DNA from: Botryllus schlosseri
Taxonomy: Eukaryota
Assembly: GCA_051294905.1 (NCBI GenBank)
Contig: CM119378.1
Span: 20,212,001 to 20,276,000 of the forward strand
Direction: 5' to 3'
DNA: 64,000 bases
Positions 13,283-25,611 of the stretch are shown here, in pieces. A program made the position numbers and the translations under genes. The stretch's first letter is position 1. Every line of letters begins with the position of its first letter. A model generated the notes under the pieces. It did not search any database and had not been told where the DNA came from. It saw only the letters and a program-made list of their open reading frames with translations.

Positions 13283-13709
13283 CAGAGATGAGCGGATTTG
13301 AAATTTCTATGTCCTAATCCAATCCAAATCCGAACCTTCAAATCCAAATCCAAATCCTAATCCATAACTTTTTCATATTCAAGTCCATGTCCAATCCTAA
13401 TCCGATTCCAACTGGAAATTCAGAAAAAATACTAATTTATGCAATGAAGGGATTCGAAAATTTTCTTTCACAACCAACGATTCACTTGATTCAAGATAAC
13501 TTAGTAACCATAAGTACATTAATAACTGATCTGAATAAAGTTTTACGCCATTCGCCACACGACATTTCAATCTCGCAGAAAATCGGTCAATCCAATCCAA
13601 ATCCTAATCCGTTCTGAAAAAAATGTCTAATCCAAATCCAATCCAAATCCGTCAAAATTTCACAAATCCTGTTTTTTCAAAACCTAATCCTAATCCATGC
13701 TCATCTCTG
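13283..13709. mobile_element. hAT MITE, 427 bp, nested in the left TIR of the element above
   Basis: Perfect TIR CAGAGATGAGC; TSD GCTCAGTG at 13275-13282 and 13710-13717; AATCC subterminal repeats. Confidence 0.93.
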
Positions 13710-14099
13710 GCTCAGTGGCGGCTCGTCCTATAGGGCAACTGGGGCATTGCCCCACCAAACATTCTGTTCAATAACAATTCTTTACCATTTATAAACTCAC
13801 AGCAATCTATATATACCGAAATCACAGCGAAAATCGTATTCTTCTTGTCCTTTCGCTTGTAAATGCCCATATATAGCGAAGTCTCTGCGAAAATCGAATT
13901 CTCTTCTGTGTTTTCACTTTGCGAATGCCTAGCCGGGGCATGCCCCGGTAGCGCTCATAACAAGCTTTCACTGTCTATTCTCTCAAAGCCGCGCACAATA
14001 AAGAAACACTAATTTACTCTCTCATATTCATAAAATTACCGAGCAACCGGGGCACAATAGGTCTGTGCCCCTAAGGTGTGATGTAACAATCGTATCTAT

Positions 14100-15100
14100 A
14101 TCTGAACTCGGTTACCGTCATATGCTTTTCATCGACCTTTGCTGGTATAGGTCGATTTTGATGGTGTTTCACAGCATGAAAACTGTTGAAACTTGGTATG
14201 TCAAGTTGTGATGGTGATATTTAACACTGCCCCAAGTTTCAGGGTTTCTACTTAAAGTTTAGGGTAGTAATTTCGGTTCCGAAGTTGAGTGTGTGCTGAT
14301 CCGTCATGTATCGCAAACAGATTTTACTCCAAAGCCGGTATTGGTATCCATTGATTTTGACGATGTTCAATACTGAGATCGGTTATGACATTTGGCACGG
14401 TAAGTCTTAATGTTAGTATCGAACGCTGTACCAAGTTTTAAGTTTGTCACTGAACTATGTTAGTGGTAATTTCGTTTCCTAAGTCGAGTGAGAGCTGACT
14501 CGTCATTTATCGCTAACAGATTTTACGCAAAGCCGGTATTGGTCTCTATTGATTTTAACGGTGCTCCTTACTTAGATCTGTCGTAAGCTTTTGCAGCGTA
14601 TGTCTTGATTTTAGTATCGAACACTGTGCCAAGTCTCAAGGTTGACGCTCAATGATTAGGGCAGTAATTTCGTTATCCAGGTCGAGTATGGTAGAGATGT
14701 GCTCTGATCTGACACTTTAGCCTACAACGCATTGCGGATTTCTCGCAAAAGCCGGTGTATCGGTGGTAACGTTAACTGTGTTCCATACTGAGAGAGGTGA
14801 AGAGATGATGATATCATTCTCAGTTTGCATTCAAATATTTACTTTGATATTATATTCTCCAATGTCAATTTCACCAAGCCATTTGCTTACAACCCCCTGT
14901 CAAGCGCGATAGCTATTTCGTTTTCGATGGCGGCTAATGGCTGATCACTTGATCAGCCTATTCCTCAGTAAATTTTACGCAAAATTCGGTCGTTCGCATT
15001 AATTTTGACAGTGTACCATACCGAAAAGGGCCATGAGGCTACTTCTCGATGATGTCATGTAACAGTGCACTAAATTTACGGCTTTCATCCACGTATTTAT
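14100..15100. repeat. Diverged ~200-bp tandem array (about 5 units) inside the hAT element
   Basis: Anchor AAAGCCGGT(A/G) at 14331, 14529 and 14748, with weaker copies near 14138 and 14981. Confidence 0.7.
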
Positions 15101-16107
15101 TCGGTAATATATTTTCTAAAGGCGATTTCGCAGCAGACCTATAGACAGCAATAAAGCCGTATGTGTCGTGTTACAGTCTCCAGTTTCAAGGCCAAAATCT
15201 CCTATGCTGTACCGAGACCGAATTTCCGAGGCTGCTATTCTTAGTTCTTCAGAATGATGTTTTGGATTCAATATGGCAGGCCCAATGTATGAGATAACAA
15301 TTGCGTATGTGTGTGTCCGAACTCGTTGACCTTTCCAATTAGGCTTACGGAATCTCTCGAGTTATAGTCATTTCCATTTCTGCAGATAATTAGTCAGGTC
15401 TAGTGCTAACGTCAACCGTGTTGAATCTCGGGATCAGGAAATTCATGTTACCGTACCATCATTAAGTTACTTGTTCACGTTAAGGAAAACGCCATTGTGA
15501 CGTCATCTTGATAAAAAGTCGCATGCAGCCCTTGCCCCACCACCCGATATTGTCACGAGCCGCCACTGACGATGCTATTCTCAAATCCACATTGTCTTCG
15601 TCATTATCGGCGAGAAATGGCTGTGAAGTGACATTGCTGCCGTTAAAATACATTCATTAAATACGATTTATTCCTTGTATAGATGAATAAATGGTTCAGC
15701 AAATTCAGCAATCCGGCCCGCCAAGTACTTAATTTTCCTATATCCGGCCCGCCGACTAGAGAAGTTGCCTGCCCCTGCTCTATAACAACATGACGCGTGG
15801 TACTGTGGTAATTTTTCAACCCGAATTTATGTTCCAACGACCGGTCTTTTTATGCACCTGTAAAAGTAGTTTATATTCCGTGCGACAAATGACTCGGGAA
15901 TCCTGTCGAGTCCAATTATTCACTATGGTAGTTATACCGTATATGGAATCAACGTTTCGCAACCCGGATGTCAGACCAATCGCTTACACGTTTAGTAGCC
16001 ATGATAAATACAATCGATCTGCACCCAACTCACTATGTATGACAATATTACGCCACGATATACAATCACTGTGTTAATTTTCCAACCCGAAATTGAGGTG
16101 GTTTATC

Positions 16108-16719
16108 TCAAGCTCTTAGACATGGTAACATGTTATATTCATTAATTTCAAGTGTTGCTCCGGTGTAGTATATGTCAAAAAATTCACAAAATGATTTGAA
16201 ATTCAACTCAATCGGTGATCTGTTTTTCCCGTATCACAATTGCGTATCGAAAAATGCTGTCGCCATTGCATTCCGAAATATCGACATCTTACAAAACCCA
16301 ACAAGGTCAATTACTTACACATCGCCATGTGTTTTATCCACAAACCTTGCCCATCTAACTGAACCGCTGTTTGTATGATAAGAAGAAAAAGTGGCGCGAG
16401 CATATAGCATGCGTCCGGTTTTGCTTGTTGCAAGTTGAATATTGCTTGAATCTTTTCGTATACTATCTAGCGTGTCCAATGTAAAACATTCTTGGTCAAC
16501 AGATTTATCACGAACACTTCCATCATCACCAAAGCGATTGGTAAAATGTTTATTACATGCATCCTAATCAGGTATACTTAGTATACTTACCTTATATGTA
16601 GAATAAAGAACGGTAAAGTAATCGGAGATTTAGACTACACTGCATTTTGTCTTGATGTTAGTAGTATTGATACAATTTTTCCATTTCTCTCCTCCAAAAT
16701 AATTGTCATCGCAAAATCC
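16108..16719 (-). pseudogene. Decayed coding-like frame of unknown product, possibly a transposase remnant
   Basis: About 200 codons in one frame with only 4 internal stops in AT-rich DNA; longest open part DACNKHF...WARFVDKTHGDV (16319-16563). No family recognised with confidence. Confidence 0.35.
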
Positions 16720-17428
16720 TAAACACTAAAACACTAAAAGGCGTTGCTTGGGTAATATGAATACGAGTTGATATTGGATTTCTAACATTTTACTCCCGGG
16801 TAGGCTGCAACAGTTCTGGTTTAGCGGATGATGCCCACAAGAACCTCACCAACTCAACATGATACACGTATTCAAAAGTATCGCATGCTCACACCGATCA
16901 ATACCGAAAACACGTCGACACAAATTATTGTTTGCAGCGTGATTATTTCCACGATATCACACATCAAATATTGCATGGATGTTTTTGTGTGACACGAGAT
17001 AGAGTTGGATCACACCTAACTCAAAGATACATTTTATTATTTTATTATATTGTTGTCCCCGAAAGCGATTTTCACTCACTTGGTTGATAGCTGCGCGATT
17101 TGGCATACCACTGATTGACTAATACTCAATTCCATTCATCCTCTCTATCCGGCATGCTAGATTTTTACAAACACTTTGATCATCACGAAAGCAAATTGAA
17201 ATATGTTTGCGACGTCGAGCCTGGTCGGATGGACTTGAGTTGTATGTAGAATGCAAAACATCAAATAAATCGCAATATTGACTACTTCAAAATCGGATTA
17301 ATGTGTTTTGTATTGTATCAGTATTGTTCATTGGCTACTGATAAAAACTTTTCTATTTCTATCCATAAAAATATTTGTCATCATCACAAAACTCGATCCA
17401 CCGATAGTATACATTTCTCTTATGTGGC

Positions 17429-17754
17429 GTCTCGCCCCTCTTCTGATGCTTTCACGCCCCCAAGTTTGAGATCCACTGTTATTCCCGATTGGTCGCGACA
17501 GGACATGACAAGGCAAATTCTGAATATCTTCTTCCGTGTTTTGTCATCACGGATAAAACACCGAACAGTAGAAATGGTGAGAACTTGAGGTGTCTCGCCC
17601 CTCTTCTGATGCTTTCACGCCCCCAAGTTTGAGATCCACTGTTATTCCCGATTGGTCGCGACAGGACATGACAAGGCAAATTCTGAATATCTTCTTCCGT
17701 GTTTTGTCATCACGGATAAAACACCGAACAGTAGAAATGGTGAGAACTTGAGGT
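17429..17754. repeat. Perfect 163-bp tandem duplication
   Basis: 17429-17591 is identical to 17592-17754, with GT microhomology at the junction. Confidence 0.95.
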
Positions 17755-18156
17755 GTTCGTGTGCGAACCCCCTAAATTTGGAGGTTCGTTTTCGCAAACG
17801 AACCTTGATAAAGTTCGACATCAGTTAACTATGAACCTTTATAGAAATTTCATTTTTCTTAACCTCTTTGGTTGAAAATATTTCCATTTCAACTTCGGAT
17901 TGCTCTCTATACATGGCGCTGGCAGCACGGAATGAAATTCAGCACTAAACTAATATGAACCTTGCCAAAATCAAAAAATATATGTGCCGTGTAAGAAATG
18001 TTTGATGGAAATAGTCAGCTTTTCCGTATTTGAATATTGATGTTAGCGAGGCCTGACCGGCGCTAGTGTTTAACCATCTGCGCCACTCTCTTCACCTGTG
18101 AACTGCATAGGCTATTGAAAGCACCGCTACGTAATAATGAAATCTTCTGATTACAG

Positions 18157-18240
18157 GTGCCCTCATCAGCGACGTACGCACTGGCGGGGATTTGAACGTG
18201 AGTTTTAGCGGCAATTTCAAGTTTCATGTAGGAAATCAAG
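18157..18240 (+). CDS. Candidate NLR exon 2 (84 nt, phase 1-1): GALISDVRTGGDLNVSFSGNFKFHVGNQ
   Basis: Acceptor TTCTGATTACAG|, donor AAG|GTATGT, open frame, phase matches both exon 1 and the NACHT exon. Confidence 0.7.
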
Positions 18241-18382
18241 GTATGTTGTGTTTATGGATATTGTAAGACTCCAGATTAACAAATTGTATGTATAAATACC
18301 AGTTAAGATCCAAAAGTCCGCGCAATCTTCAGAAGTCATGTCACGTAAGATTTTAATATTTTTTCAATTCATAGGTCTAATG

Positions 18383-19928
18383 CAGCGGTTCTCAATACTT
18401 TTGGACATGCGCCCCCCTTGGCGATGATAAAAAAAATTGCGCCCCCTGAACCTCCCTGCACTTATCGTCATGTCAAAAAGAGCTCATAATCCAATACAGA
18501 GGTGGGCAATCTTTATGCTATTGACGGCCGCATTTCAATTACTTATGTAGCATAACGCCGCATTCCAGGGCATAGCCGTAATGAAATAACCGAACGCAAA
18601 ATCCGTATGTTTTAGTGTCTATATGCATTCCCACTGAACTCGGGACTGTTCTACTTTTCACAACGACCTATTGTGCGCACCGAAATCGTGAGTGGAAATG
18701 ATATGAATAGTTGCTGGGATAGTATATTTTTCAGATCAACGAATGAATTACGTAATTAATAGTAGCAGTATCACATATTACTATCAAATATTTATCCTTT
18801 CTCAGCCCATGCGATCAGATTCACAGGTAGAGTTGATGGAGGGAGTGCTCTCGAAAATTTAGGGCAAGTTATAAATGATAATACATCTTCGGCTGGGCCA
18901 ATTGTTATTAGTCACTTTGTTGAAAGCTGTTATTTCTTGACCCCCCATCTGGATTGTCGATTGTATCGGTAGTGGAAATAGTGGAAATATATTGAAATCA
19001 CTCTAAAGTACCATAAACAAATTTCTTTCGTGAGGAACACGCGATTCCTATTCCGGCTTAGTTTGAGAAGGGCGCTGCTATTCTAAAATCGAAAAATAAA
19101 GTCGTGTTGAATTGCGCGATTAATTAAAATCTCTCAAAAATTCGGAAGTGAGTTCGCAATTTCAATTTGCATGTCGACGGCCGCCAACACATACTAACTG
19201 AATTAGGTGTCGACTGCCGACCAATTCCCTTCTACGGCCGCACGTGGCCCACCCCGAACGGCCCGAAGTCTGCATATGGTATATCCTACGCCAAGTTTGA
19301 ATCCGCACTCCAGTTGTTGAGTCTTTTACATTTCTGACAAATTTCCCCAAACTTGTTTGAAATTAACAGAAAACATTGACAACAGGACATCAATTTATTT
19401 CAAGGTAGGTTGCACTGAGACTATAATCCTAAGGCTGGTTGGGACGACGGAGAGCACGGCGTCGTTCTGTCCAGCCATGCTAAATGTGACCGTATTTGGA
19501 ATTGGATTAAATTGTGTTGATTTAGGGTAGCCTACTTAAGGGCGAAACCGTGCAACCTATATTGCATCCAAGTCCATCTTAGGCAGTGCAGTTCGCAAGC
19601 TGATAACAACAGCGACCCAGCGCACCGAGCTTTAGGCTAATGCCAAAGCTATGAAGTAAAATGAATGACTTACACGTGGGAATTGCTCTATATCTTCGAA
19701 GAATATAAAAAAATCTCAAATGAAGTTGAAATCAGCCTATACTCCGTGGAGCGCAACAGCTGGAGTTTGAATTTGGCAAACCTTCTTGAATACGAAATAA
19801 CTTTGATCTTCAACAATCGTATTTTCAGAATGGTTGTGAAACACATGTTTAGCCACGATTTATAAAGATTTTGTCAATTTTTCGCGCCCCCCTGAGAGCC
19901 TCCCGCGCCACTAGGTTGAGAACCACTG
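18383..19928. mobile_element. Non-autonomous hAT, 1546 bp
   Basis: TIR CAGCGGTTCTCAA / TTGAGAACCACTG; TSD GTCTAATG at 18375-18382 and 19929-19936. Confidence 0.9.
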
Positions 19929-20311
19929 GTCTAATGTAAAGGAGTGGATAACGTTTGACTTTCCTGTATTGAATCACAGACGGCTAATTTAATGCATCTT
20001 ATACTAAATAATATGTATTATACTTTAAAAGCAGACTTGCAAGCGTATCAAATATCGTCTAAAATGGTGATGTATTATGTATGATGACTACGTCCTTTCC
20101 TTCCTGATGTGAAAATTTCGTATCGGAGTAGGTGGAATCGTTAATTCAAATACCATTGACTGCACCAACATCTAGTCGAAATCTACATTTAACAATGCAT
20201 ATCGATTACAATCATTCGGTTTGAGATCGGATATGGAATACGGCAACGCCCGTCCCCCGTCCACGATATTCAAATTCAACCGATAACGACAAACCGATGA
20301 ATACCCACAAG

Positions 20312-20460
20312 ACAGCGTAATGGTGGAGCGTGCGGCTTCTTGATCGGAAGATCGCAGGCGAATCCCGGGCCGGGCCAGAACAAACACCTGGTATGCGCGG
20401 CTTCCCCGCTTGGTATTCATCATTGCGGGATAGCACAAAGGGGTGGTGCAAGACTTATAA
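20312..20460 (+). mobile_element. tRNA-derived SINE (second family), decayed
   Basis: CAGCGTAATGG (A-box-like), GGCGAATCCC (B box lacking TT), head ending GGGCCA; 3' limit approximate. Confidence 0.5.
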
Positions 20461-20492
20461 AGTTTTACATGGCTATTTTTGCACCATCCTTG

Positions 20493-20935
20493 TAAGGTTG
20501 TAATGACTCGAGTCTTGACGCGACTCGAGTATGACTCGATTCATTGCGCATAACTTGACCAAGTCATATGACTCGGCATTCTATACGATTTGATTTTACT
20601 CCCGTCTATCGTCAGACTCATTCTTGTAAATAGGCCGTTGTTGTTGTTGGTATGGAATGTTTGGTGCTCGGCAGCAATGGCCTTGTGCACCAGGTCAATT
20701 AGTTATACATGTATTATTCCATTAAATCGTAAATAGGCCGTCTTACCTCATTTATCTGTTTGAATAAACATGTTGAGAGTGAGAAAAAGGAATATATTGT
20801 GAACGCGAGGTTTTCGATATCACCAAAGTGTTTCGAAAAATTGAGTTGAACCTGACTTGAACTCGATATCGAACAGTGAACAGTCTGAACACTATGACTT
20901 GGACTCGTACTCGAGTCCCAACACTCATTGACATA
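20493..20935 (+). mobile_element. Decayed copy of the GACTCGAGTC-repeat hAT family
   Basis: Starts TAAGGTTGTAATGACTCGAGTC like 54967 and 57965; right end truncated. Confidence 0.65.
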
Positions 20936-21052
20936 GCCAGGAGGGGGCCGAAGGGCCCATGACCCCCGAGTTAGAACCCCGGGCCTATCTTATTTTTTGA
21001 TCTCGATATACCTTAGCATGAATTATATTCGAACTGGTGATTTTTCATTAAG

Positions 21053-22483
21053 ATGAAAAAATATTGGAGACGATTAACCAAAACATGTGGGAGAAAGTAG
21101 AAGCAAAAATCATGGGCCAGCAAATTGCGAACACAGAGGATCTGGAACTTGAAGTTCATCCTCAGATAGTGCGATCTCCAGGATTCTATAGAGGCGAACA
21201 CGCGATAAACGCAACTCAGAGCTCGAAGAATGTATCAGATGGTATCAAGAAGTCGGAATATGTCAAAGAGAAGATGTTTAATTTCAGAATGCCATCGGAA
21301 CGTAATTTGATTTCATTCGAGTCGGTGATCAATGAAATATGCAGTACAGCGGACTTAAAAAAGCATTCAATTCTACATCCCATCGGTCTCTTTTCCCAAG
21401 CTGGTTCAGGGAAGTCAACTTGCATGCGTCGGTGGTGCAAACATATTATGAAAAATGTAGGCATTTCTGAAGGGACCAATTATTTACCCCATGAAAACAG
21501 TCGATTCCAGTTGATTCTTTTCTATGATTTGAAGAGCATCACGTTCGAACAGACAACTTCTCTTCAGGAATTACTTCTCAATGGAATCTTTAGGGACGAA
21601 GATGAGAAAACAGCTTACGATTGGATTAGGGAAAATGATTCTAACGTAATGTTATTCTTTGATGGCCTAGATCAGGCAACGTGGACAATTAACGAAAGTG
21701 ATGAAATCGATATTGGACCTCACAAGAGAGCAAGCACGTCAACCATTATGTACAATCTTTTGTCGCGGCATCTTCTTCCGAAATCTAGGGTAGTGATCTC
21801 TTCCAGAGAATTCAAGGCTTCAGCGTTGCCTGTTGGAACCAGGCCTCGAGAAATATTTACTTTAAATGGTTTCAGTAACGAAGATGCGGAGAAACTCTTC
21901 AATGCATTGGTTACTCAAGACCTGCATGAAAACCCGTGGAAGAAATTGTCGGATTCCCTATCATCGTTACAGCATATTTTGACCATACCAATGTTTTTGA
22001 TATTTTCAGCTCTCGTATATAAGGATTGTAGCGGTTTCATTCCCGATAATGTAACGGAATTGATCGCAAAGATTCTTGACCAGCTGAAGCGAAGTCCAAA
22101 TTTGCGGGCGAAACACAATATATCTGATATCATCTCTAAACTGAAAGGATTAGCTCATAGCGGCATGGAAAAGGGTCAGGTAGTTTTCACTGATTCGGAC
22201 TTGAATAACCATAATCTCACAGCAGAGGATGTACGCGACTTGCTCTTTACTGTCCCTGCACCGCGAAGGTCACGTCATCATCTTTTCAAAGGTGATTTGG
22301 CATTATTTTTCTGCCATCAAAGCCTCCAAGAGTTTCTATCCGCTTGCTACATTACGGAATTGTCTTGCGATGACTTCAAAACATTTGTGCAATCTCATTT
22401 CTGTTTGGGGCAGTGGTCTGTTGTCAGACGTTTTGTTTCCGGAATTCTTCGATCTAATTCCATTAAAAGTGATCTTGTACAAG
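21053..22483 (+). CDS. NLR-family protein, large NACHT exon (NACHT, HD1, winged helix, start of HD2)
   Basis: Walker A SQAGSGKST (21394-21420), Walker B VMLFFDGLDQ (D at 21661), sensor-1 VVISSR, LTIPMFL, FFCHQSLQEFLSA, WSVVRRFVSGIL. Acceptor TTTTCATTAAG| (in-frame TAA just upstream), donor CAAG|GTTGGC; phase 1-1. Confidence 0.92.
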
Positions 22484-22552
22484 GTTGGCATTTGTGAAAT
22501 TGTTAGGTTGACTATTTAATGGTTGCACTTCTAATCTTCATATTTGTTTCAG

Positions 22553-22860
22553 TGTCTGATGCAGATAAGAAAAAACGAGTTCTCCATGAAAATTTAATAT
22601 GTAGCCTAAAGTCTGCACGTGGATATCTGCTGCTTGAACTGTTCGCCGTCTTCTATGAGTCGGAAGACGGCAAATTGATTCGATCAAACGTACACGAAAT
22701 CGACTTGAAAGACACCTCGATTGGGCATGTGGGAGCCCATCTTATCAGTTCACTGATGGGTACTAGCGGACAGCTGGAACTAGTCTCGTTCGTGAGATGC
22801 GACGTCACAGACGAATTGCTGAATACAATGTCAAACAACTGGCGATCGCGGAAAATTCGA
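22553..22860 (+). CDS. NLR exon following NACHT (end of HD2 and first LRR-like unit)
   Basis: 69-nt intron 22484-22552 with branch-like TTCTAAT and TTTGTTTCAG|; phase 1 joins in frame (YLLLELFAVFYES...EIDLKDTSIGHVGAHLISSL); donor CGA|GTAAGG, phase 0. Confidence 0.85.
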
Positions 22861-23180
22861 GTAAGGTTTACTCTAATGCAGTTTTTTTTTATCATGTCAT
22901 ACGCGGAAGGCCAACGCCAACACTACAACAATAAAACTACATTGTCTTTAATTATTAGATTTGTCCTTATCTATGACGTATGTCCTTATTTACAGTAGTC
23001 ACCAGGTCACCATAGCCACACGCAGACTTTTTAAGTTTTGGTTTGGATGATCGCTAAGTAGTTTCAAGAGACCCCGAGTGTTTTATTTAAATCCTAAAAA
23101 ATAGACATATTTTCTTAAACGAAATATTTATTAGGCTACTGGTAGTGCACAATTACAGAACATATTTAACGTTATTTCAG

Positions 23181-23237
23181 ATTTCAAAGGTTAGTTTACG
23201 ACAAACATTAATCTCTAAAGATGCGGTACAAACCTAG
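23181..23237 (+). CDS. NLR exon: either a 9-nt micro-exon (ISK, donor AAG|GTTAGT) or a terminal LRR-like exon ISKVSLRQTLISKDAVQT*
   Basis: Acceptor GTTATTTCAG|, phase 0; read-through matches the LxxLxLxxNxI pattern and stops at TAG 23235-23237. Confidence 0.5.
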   Translation: MSKVSLRQTLISKDAVQT

Positions 23238-24076
23238 GCATTTTACCTACCTATAATAATCAAAGCAACATAAAATGAATTATTCGACAAGGCACAACTT
23301 AAATGATTGTAACGGCGACCAAACAGGCCGCCGAACACGGCCGTCAAACAAGTTTGCTGCACAATCAAACAAAGTGTGCTTGTCGGCTTCTATGCTTATT
23401 ATGTTTCCACACGTAAAAACTGATCATTATGCGCCATAAATCAGAAATAAACATTGGCGAGTATTGAAGGTGCACTACTTTTGTGAATAACTCCTTGGTT
23501 TAGCTATTAGCTGTACCACTACTTACCCTTTTTCCGGACGTGAAATATTATTAATCGTACGCTATATTCGTATTATCAACAAGACATAGCGAGAAACAAC
23601 CATTACTTTTCTACTGTAGTTGAAAATCCAAATTCTGGGAAACTACTGAAGAAATTTCACGTTACCCCAAAACACCTTAAAAAACACCGATTACACGGAC
23701 GACACTAACACAAATAATTGCACTGTAATTGGTCAATGGGCGAACGTGATACCATATTTTCTTTCATCAGTTAACGTCTATGGCAACTGTTCTCGTACTG
23801 GATCACAATAGGGGGCCACGCAGCCACCCATAAAATTGGTGGTCTGCGCAAAAAAAGAGTTAAAAACCGCTTCTCTAATGTATCTTATATCAGATCTACA
23901 TATTAGGCATGCTAGGAAAGGTTTCGTGTTTCGTGAAGCAGCGGTCAGCTACCTTTTTAACGAAACGACCTCGATTTATAGAAAAATGAAATCGATATTT
24001 ACATGTGACCCATTTTGTTTGCCTGATCGGAAAAACATTTTAAGTAATGCTGAAACGAAGTAATGCGTGTTAATAT

Positions 24077-24504
24077 AGGGTTACCATACGTCCTCTTTTA
24101 AGAGGATTTGTCCTCTTTTTTGACTTTTTGAAAGTGTCCTCGGAGGACGCCCTTTTGTCCTCTTTTTTGAGATTTTGTCCTCTTTTTTGAAAATTTAGGT
24201 CGGATTTGCGAGTGATATGCCGTAAATTAGCACAGAAGTGACGCTCCGGCGGGTATATCGGAGTCAAGAACGGTGATTTTAGCTCTGGGCGGAAAGATGA
24301 CCTTTTTTTTTAGTCATCCACCTAGCAATGCGGGAAGAAAAACAGTATTTTGAGTTCTGAGCGGGAAAGATTACCTTTTCTTTAGTCAACCGTTCACAAA
24401 GTGGGAAAAATTCAGCGGTTTCTGAGAATTCTTTTCTGGTTTTGCAAGTTTCAAATTTCTGCAAAAGTGTCCTCTTTTTAGATTTCCAAAATATGGTAAG
24501 CCTA
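24077..24504. mobile_element. hAT MITE with Blackjack-like ends
   Basis: (T)AGGGTTACCATA / TATGGTAAGCCTA; direct repeat GTTAATAT at 24069-24076 and 24505-24512; GTCCTCTTTT subterminal repeats. Confidence 0.82.
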
Positions 24505-24678
24505 GTTAATATGCATATTACAAAATTACAGGAGCATACAAGGTCTGTACAAGTTTATTATTTTGGCCAAAAAGACTCTCGCCCTTAAAAGGGTTACCGT
24601 GCCTCTTTCTCCGATTTCCACACGTTGTATATTGCAAGACACAATACCTAGTTCGAAGGGAGGCGAGATAGCGTAGTG

Positions 24679-25611
24679 CAGTGGTCGGGAACCTTTTTTG
24701 TCCGAAGAGCCATATTGACCCTATTTTTTCCATCTCAACTCCCAAAGAGCCATACATGCCAATGAACTGTTACGTCACTATTGAAAATTCGTCACGTCAT
24801 GGTAGCAGTAATTCGAACTCACTACATGGGATTCCACGGGTGCGTCATATTTTCTCTGTAAAACGGGTATGTATTCTACGGAAATAAAGCTCGAAACGAG
24901 AGGTAAGGCACAGACGGGCCAAGCCTCACCATTGATAACGCAATTCATCGTAAGTACCTTAGAATTTATTATAACTGATATTAATCGAATGTAACTGTCA
25001 CACTGATTCCGAAAATTGAAATAATTCCCGACTTCTCGATTGTCAAGGTTTCCGGCGGTAACACAACATTGCGTTGCACGCATACATTTTATCGCCGGTA
25101 CTACAGAGCTACTTACTAATCAAGAACGTGGATATCTATGGCGTTGTTTGTAATTCGATTTTGTAATTGTGAATGTTACGTCCACGGCAGTTTATTTCGC
25201 GCCGTAGATCAGGAAGACAATGTGTAGTGTATTTGAAAACTGCGTTCTGAAATCGGCGTCAACATGTCTGCCATGCTCTTTGATTAATCAACGTGTCGCA
25301 CTATTCAAGATGTCGAGTCGAGTACATAGAATTCGGGAGTGATATTGACCGCCGGCGTGACAGCAACTTGAATTTTATGATTTTGAAAAGAGGGGGGATG
25401 AGCCCTTAAACATGAAGACGGCATTGTCTTTACCTCTCAAAGACATGTTTATACTGTCACGAGAATAATTATTCCGGTCGTGATGAAAATTTACCAACAA
25501 GTCGCTGCAATATTGATCAATTCAGTACAAAAATAAATATTCGGCAAAGAGCCATATTTTATACCTAAAAGAGCCATATATGGCTCGCGAGCTATAGGTT
25601 CCCGACCACTG
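24679..25611. mobile_element. Non-autonomous hAT, 933 bp, inserted in a SINE A box
   Basis: Perfect 15-bp TIR CAGTGGTCGGGAACC; TSD GCGTAGTG at 24671-24678 and 25612-25619. Confidence 0.93.

Larger units (their letters stand above)
13278..15568. mobile_element. Non-autonomous hAT (about 1.86 kb without the nested MITE)
   Basis: TIR CAGTGGCGGCTCGT / ACGAGCCGCCACTG (15555-15568); TSD ACGATGCT at 13270-13277 and 15569-15576; left TIR interrupted by the 13283-13709 MITE. Confidence 0.9.

Noticed and set aside
13387-13617. SNPNP-rich ORFs
   Set aside because: Translation of AATCC subterminal repeats of a MITE.
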